Origin: Eledone cirrhosa
Lineage: Eukaryota
Reading direction: 5' to 3'
DNA length: 64,000 bases
Assembly: GCA_964016885.1 (NCBI GenBank)
Contig: OZ024751.1
Span: 13,144,001-13,208,000, forward strand
Both the position numbers and the translations under genes were made by a program. Under the pieces are notes generated by a model that was given only the letters and a program-made list of their open reading frames with translations, ran no database searches and was not told the origin of the DNA. This document shows positions 58,393 to 64,000 of this stretch, piece after piece (the stretch's first letter is position 1; each line of letters opens with the position of its first letter).

Positions 58393-58972
58393 TTTGGTCG
58401 TTTTGGAAGCGTCAACAATGCAGATGGGTAAATCTCCGGGTAACAGAATCCGGTGGTGAAGAGAGAGATGTAAGGGAGTGTAGAATGAGATGTATAGTGT
58501 GTAGAAGAACGTAGGAAAGAGCGTAAAAAATAAAAATAATAACACGAGATAGAGTCACCTTCGGAGAAATTTAATTGTTCTTATATTTCGGATTTCGCAT
58601 ACATCAACTGGGGGGGGGGGGGGGGTTCCGAGAAGGAAAGTTAGCTTTCGGAGAGGAACGGTACGTGGCCTCTGTTGTCCGCCGTTTGTGGTAACTCTAT
58701 CTCGTGTTATTTTTATTTAATCCCGCCGAGGTTGACTTTGCCTTTCATCCTTACGGGGTCGATAAAATAAAGTACCAGTAATGCACTGGGTAATTGCTGG
58801 CCTTGTGCCTAAAGTAGAAACAGTTATTTTTATTTTTTACGCTCTTTCCTACGTTTCTCTACACACTATACATCTCATTCTACATTTCCTCTTGCATCTC
58901 TCTCTTCACCACCGGATTCTGTTAACCGGAGATTTACCCATCTGCATTGTTGAGGCTTCCAAAACGACCAAA
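58393..58972. mobile_element. older palindromic PLE-type element with a SINE (58720-58822) in the right arm
   Basis: diverged ~165-bp arms; degenerate minus-strand HHR-like motif ~58585-58610. Confidence 0.75.
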
Positions 58973-59020
58973 ATTTTTATTATTATTCCACAATGCTTTA
59001 AGCAAACTTCAATACTCTCT

Positions 59021-59051
<31 letters not shown>

Positions 59052-59056
<5 letters not shown>

Positions 59057-59200
59057 ATCAAAAGATAGTTAAAAGAGTTCCAAAAACATCTTTTGATCTT
59101 ATATTATTTATACTCCAGTCCCACAAACTGTAGAGTGCTACTTATCTGATATTTGCATTGCTTTATTGTGCTACAATAAAACTCACCTCCTACATTATAT
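59052..59200. mobile_element. short asymmetric palindromic element with bulged hairpin
   Basis: IR ATAAGATCAAAAGAT / ATCTTTTGATCTTAT; ACTC-CAGT..ACTG-TA-GAGT 59112-59136. Confidence 0.6.
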
Positions 59201-59216
59201 AGATATATATATATAT

Positions 59217-59287
59217 GGTTGTCAAGTATGAAATTTCTAGAAATTTTTTTTTTCTTCAAATTTCTACAAATTTCATACTTGGCGACC
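59217..59287. mobile_element. tiny TIR element (MITE-like) in a TA tract
   Basis: GGTTGTCAAGTATGAAATTT / AAATTTCATACTTGGCGACC. Confidence 0.6.
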
Positions 59288-60679
59288 TAATATATATATA
59301 TATATATATATAATAAATGAAGAATTAGAAATAGAAGCCACGACTATCCGTCATCAGTGGTCTACTAGCCATCATAGGTATTTCTTCGCATTAAAGATCA
59401 TATACCTCCGGCTAGGGCAATACAATAACTAAATTAAGTTATTGGGATAAAAAGAATTGGGTGGAGAAAGAGAGACAGGTAAAGGAACACGAATGGTGAG
59501 GCAACGTAAAGAGAGGAAAAGTGAGAAAATCAAGTCAATGATTCATTTTGAACATAAGAACTTGCGAATATTGACGAGAAGGCAAAAGATACATCTTGGC
59601 CGTGCGAATGTGAGCGAGGAAAGAATTTCGTACGGTATGGGACGATGGAGGAAGTGAGAGAGAGGGTTAGTAGCAGAGAGTGAGTGAGTGAAAGTGTGAG
59701 GAAGTGGCTAGCCGAGAGAGGGTAACTAGCAGACGGGGTGAGTGAAAGTAAAAGGGAGAAGGAGAGAGAAGGGGGAGAGAGAAAGCGGATAGCAGTAAGG
59801 GAAGAGAAAAAGACAGGTCACAGCGAAGGGGAAAGCATATATGAATAAAAAATGGCGAGCTGTGTTGTTGCATATAAGATATATATAATAAATGAAGAAT
59901 TAGATAATATGTGTTAGGTAATTCCGAAGAAAAAGCAAAGGAAAAAAAGTGCTCTATGTATAGAACCAAGCTATTTAATTAGAAAGGGAACAACAGAGAT
60001 GTTATCATCTCTGTCTGATGAACGATCCAGACGTATGTTGATATTGCCTAGGATCCTGAAACCTTTGGCAATGGAGTAGTTATATATTGTTTTGTTTACT
60101 TTCTAATTATATATATATATTTCTCCTAAGCATGATTCTAACAAGACTTTGTGTTTTTGCATATCTGTGTTTGCCTTGTCATTTCTTGAACTATATATAT
60201 GTGCGTGTGTGCGTGTGCGTGCGTGGGCGTGTATGTGTGTGTGCGTGCATGTGTGTGTCTGTGTGTGTACACACATATAAACGTAAGTTTGACTTTTAAC
60301 TATATTGCAGTGGCTATAGCCATGTGCGGATACGAATAAATGTATGACTGTGTGGCTGTGTCTGTGTGTATGTGTCTGTGTGTCTGAGTGTGTGTGTGTG
60401 TGTGTGTGTGCGTGTGTCTGTCCCTGTGTGTGTGTGTGCGTGTGTGGTTAAGTACATTGATTTACATTATTGTCTGGAAGCAGGTTTTAACATGATATAT
60501 ACAAAGAGTCTCTCGTACAGCTCCACCTGCGGAGTAGATACACACACACACACATACTCACACACACACACACACAAATATATATATATATATATGTGTA
60601 TAGATACCTACACATACACACACTCATACATACGCTCACTCTCTCGTTCTCGCACACACACTCACACTCACACACACAG

Positions 60680-60722
60680 ACCGAGCTGAAGATCCACATA
60701 AGGTGAAACGTTTGTTCTCGGT
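60680..60722 (+). ncRNA. minimal type I hammerhead ribozyme (family C)
   Basis: ACCGAG-CTGAAGA-TCCACATAAGGT-GAAAC-GTTT-GTT-CTCGGT; 6-bp stem I. Confidence 0.8.
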
Positions 60723-60755
60723 ATGGTGAATTAACTTCTGTGGAAATACTTATAC

Positions 60756-60811
<56 letters not shown>

Positions 60812-60869
60812 ACACATACCTGCACACACACACACACAGATGTGTATATATATATATATATATACATGT

Positions 60870-61002
<133 letters not shown>

Positions 61003-61037
61003 AATATATATACACACACACACACACAATATATATG

Positions 61038-61109
<72 letters not shown>

Positions 61110-61127
61110 CATATATATACCCACACA

Positions 61128-61173
<46 letters not shown>

Positions 61174-61191
61174 CATATATATACCCACACA

Positions 61192-61262
<71 letters not shown>

Positions 61263-61292
61263 CACATGCATACATATATATATATATAATAT

Positions 61293-61357
<65 letters not shown>

Positions 61358-61369
61358 TGTATATATATA

Positions 61370-61414
<45 letters not shown>

Positions 61415-61435
61415 TGTATATATATATACACACAG

Positions 61436-61471
<36 letters not shown>

Positions 61472-61689
61472 TATATTCCTACACCCACCTCCATTTACAT
61501 CAGTTTTACCGTCGGCGTCACCTTCCAGTGATCCGGGGGTCGTGTAAGGTTCACATTATAACAATACATGGTGCAAGGGACTTGCTCCCTTTTGTCACAT
61601 TATTAAAAGGCGGGGAAAGAGGTCACCAGCCCCCAGCCCCCCCCCCACTTCTCTCTCCAACAAAGTTGGCTAAAGAGGGTAGGAAATTA

Positions 61690-62795
61690 GTAGTAGTTAC
61701 AGTAGTAGTTGTGGTATTGGTGGTAGTGGTGGTGGTGGTGGTGTCGGTGGTGGTTGTTGGTGGTGGCGGTGGTTGGTGGTAGTGGTGGTGGTGGTGGTAG
61801 TGGTGGTGGTTAAAATGATGGTGGCAGTGGTGGTTGTTGGTGGTGGTAGTGGCGGTCGTGTCAGTGGTGGTGGTGATGTTGGTAGTGGTGGTGGTGGTCG
61901 TGGTGGTGGTAGTGGTGGTAGTGATGGTGGTGGTGTCAGTGGTGGTTGTTGGTGGTGGCGGTGGTTGGTGGTAGTGGTGGTGGTGGTAGTGGTGGTGGTG
62001 GTAGTGGTGGTGGTTACAATGATGGAGGCAGTGGTGGTTGTTGGTGGTGGTAGTGGCGGTGGTGTCAGTGGTGGTGGTGATGTTGGTAGTGGTGGTGGTG
62101 GTGGTGGTCGTGGTGGTGGTGTTGGCAGTGGTAGTGGTTGTGGTGGTGGTAGTGGTGGTAGTGATGGTGGTGGTGTCGGTGGTGGTTGTTGGTGGTGGCG
62201 GTGGTGGTTGGTGGTAGTGGTGGTGGTTACAATGATGATGGCAGTGGTGGTTGTTGGTGGTGGTAGTGGCGGTGGTGTCAGTGGTGGTGGTGATGTTGGT
62301 AGTGGTGGTGGTCGTGGTGGTCGTGGTGGTGGCAGTAGTGGTGGTGGTCGTGGTGGTGGTAGTGGTGGTAGTGATGGTGGTGGTGTCGGTGGTGGTTGTT
62401 GGTGGTGGCGGTGGTTGGTGGTAGTGGTGGTGGTAGTGGTGGTGGTTAGAATGATGGTGGCAGTGGTGGTTGTTGGTGGTGGTGGTAGTGGCGGTGGTGT
62501 CGGTGGTGGTGGTAGTCGTGGTCGTGGCAGTAGTGGTGGTGGTGGCAGTAGTGGTGTTGGTGTCGGTGGTGGTGTTGGTGGTGGTGGTGGTAGTTGGTGG
62601 TGTTGGCGGTAGTAGTTGGTGGTGGTCGTGGCAGTGGTGGTAGTGGTGGTGGTGGCAGTGGTGGTGGTGGTAGTGGCGGTGGTGGCAGTGGCGGTGTTGG
62701 TTGTGGAAGTGATGTTGATGGTGGTAGTGATGGTCGTGACAGTGGTGTTAGTGATGACAGTAGCAGTGGTGGTTGAGGCTGTGGTGGTGGTGGTA
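61690..62795. repeat. (GGT)n-derived compound repeat
   Basis: direct reading; loose higher-order repetition. Confidence 0.9.
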
Positions 62796-63170
62796 TTTGA
62801 TTATTAGCAGTAACTAGAAACGAGACTATTTCAATATATAAAGCAATCAATCAATTAACACATACACACACACATATTTATACATACACACACACACACA
62901 CACATTTATACACACACACACACCCATTTATACACACACACACACACACATATATATATTTTTATATATAAACACACCCACACGTGTATGTGGAGTGGGA
63001 ACAAATGTACTTTGACTTATACTTTGTATTATCTGGCTAGTAAGTAGTTAACTTAGTATGTGTTTAACACTAAATTGTGTTAGTGTAGCAATTAAACCTT
63101 TGTGCCATTAAACTTATATTTACATAACAAAGTAGATCTATGTTCTTATAATTCCTGTTAATAATTCTCT

Positions 63171-63827
63171 TTCTCTCCGAATTGAGAGCTCACAGCCCCG
63201 ATACTATGGACGTGGTTAGAATGTCTCAGGAAAGAATCACTGGATGGTCATTCCAAGTAGAGCCGCTACTTCTCTGAATTTAGATATCACAGCTCTGATA
63301 CTATGGGCATGTTGTTAGAATGTTTCAGAAAAGAATCACTGGGAAGTCACTTCAGGTAGAGCCGCTACTTCTCTGAATTGAAAGATCACAGCTCCGATAC
63401 TATGGGCATGTGGTTAGAATGTCTCAGGAAAGAATCACTGGGAAGTCAATTCAGGTAGAGCCGTTACTTCTCTGAATTTGGAGGTCACAGCTCCGATACT
63501 ATGGGCATGTGGTTAGAATGTCTCAGGAAAGAATCACTGGGAAGTCACTCAAGGTAGAGCCGCTACTTCTCTGAATTTGGAGGTCACAGCTCCGATACTA
63601 TGGGCATGTGGTTAGAACGTCTCAGGAAAGAATCACTGGGAAGTCACTTCAGGTAGAGTCGCTACTTCTCTGAATTTGGAGGTCACAGCTCCGATACTAT
63701 GGGCATGTGGTTAGAATGTCTCAGGAAAGAATCACTGGGAAGTCTCTTCAGGTAGAGTCGCTACTTCTCTGAATTTAGAGATCACAGCTATGATACTATG
63801 GGCATGTGGTTAGAATATCTCAGGAAT
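63171..63827. repeat. 99-bp minisatellite, ~6.6 copies
   Basis: GAGCCG.TACTTCTCTGAA at 63458 and 63557 (period 99); stops in all six frames of the unit. Confidence 0.95.
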
Positions 63828-64000
63828 GAGTCGTTGGACAGATTTTACAGTCAAAACCAAGCGGCAGGAGACCCAGGGGTAGATGGTTAGATAACATCCA
63901 TGAGTTTGGTCGGTCTCACTCGAGGATCCAGCCGGAGTTGGTTGCTTCTGGCAGGACCCGATGGAAGAAGTGTTTGAGGATTCTGACTCCACGACCCTCT

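Noticed and set aside
59335-59365. Hammerhead (minus-strand CTGATGA..GTC)
   Set aside because: GAAA and stem III are missing; at best a deleted remnant
63171-63827. 33-codon protein repeat such as ankyrin
   Set aside because: Every frame of the unit contains a stop

Overview
Eukaryotic, AT-rich, microsatellite-saturated non-genic DNA; the SINE families suggest an octopod cephalopod (inference). I see no intact host gene, and nearly all ORFs in the track are microsatellite read-throughs. Recognisable content: a 5'-truncated CR1-group LINE with an open RT frame (29421-30951), a decayed RTE-X-like LINE, an RTE 3' fragment, a decayed Penelope-like (PLE) GIY-YIG fragment, Helitrons, Tc1/mariner- and pogo-type MITEs, many tRNA-derived SINEs, three minisatellites and a processed NME8/TXNDC3-like pseudogene fragment. 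The main signal is about 20 short non-coding inserts between (TA)n tracts. Many carry hammerhead ribozyme (HHR) cores. Many are head-to-head inverted pairs whose junction falls in or next to the ribozyme. Families unrelated in sequence share a covarying bulged stem-loop (RCTC-stem-loop-stem-bulge-GAGY) in the 3' tail. Coordinates were counted by eye and may be off by a few bases.
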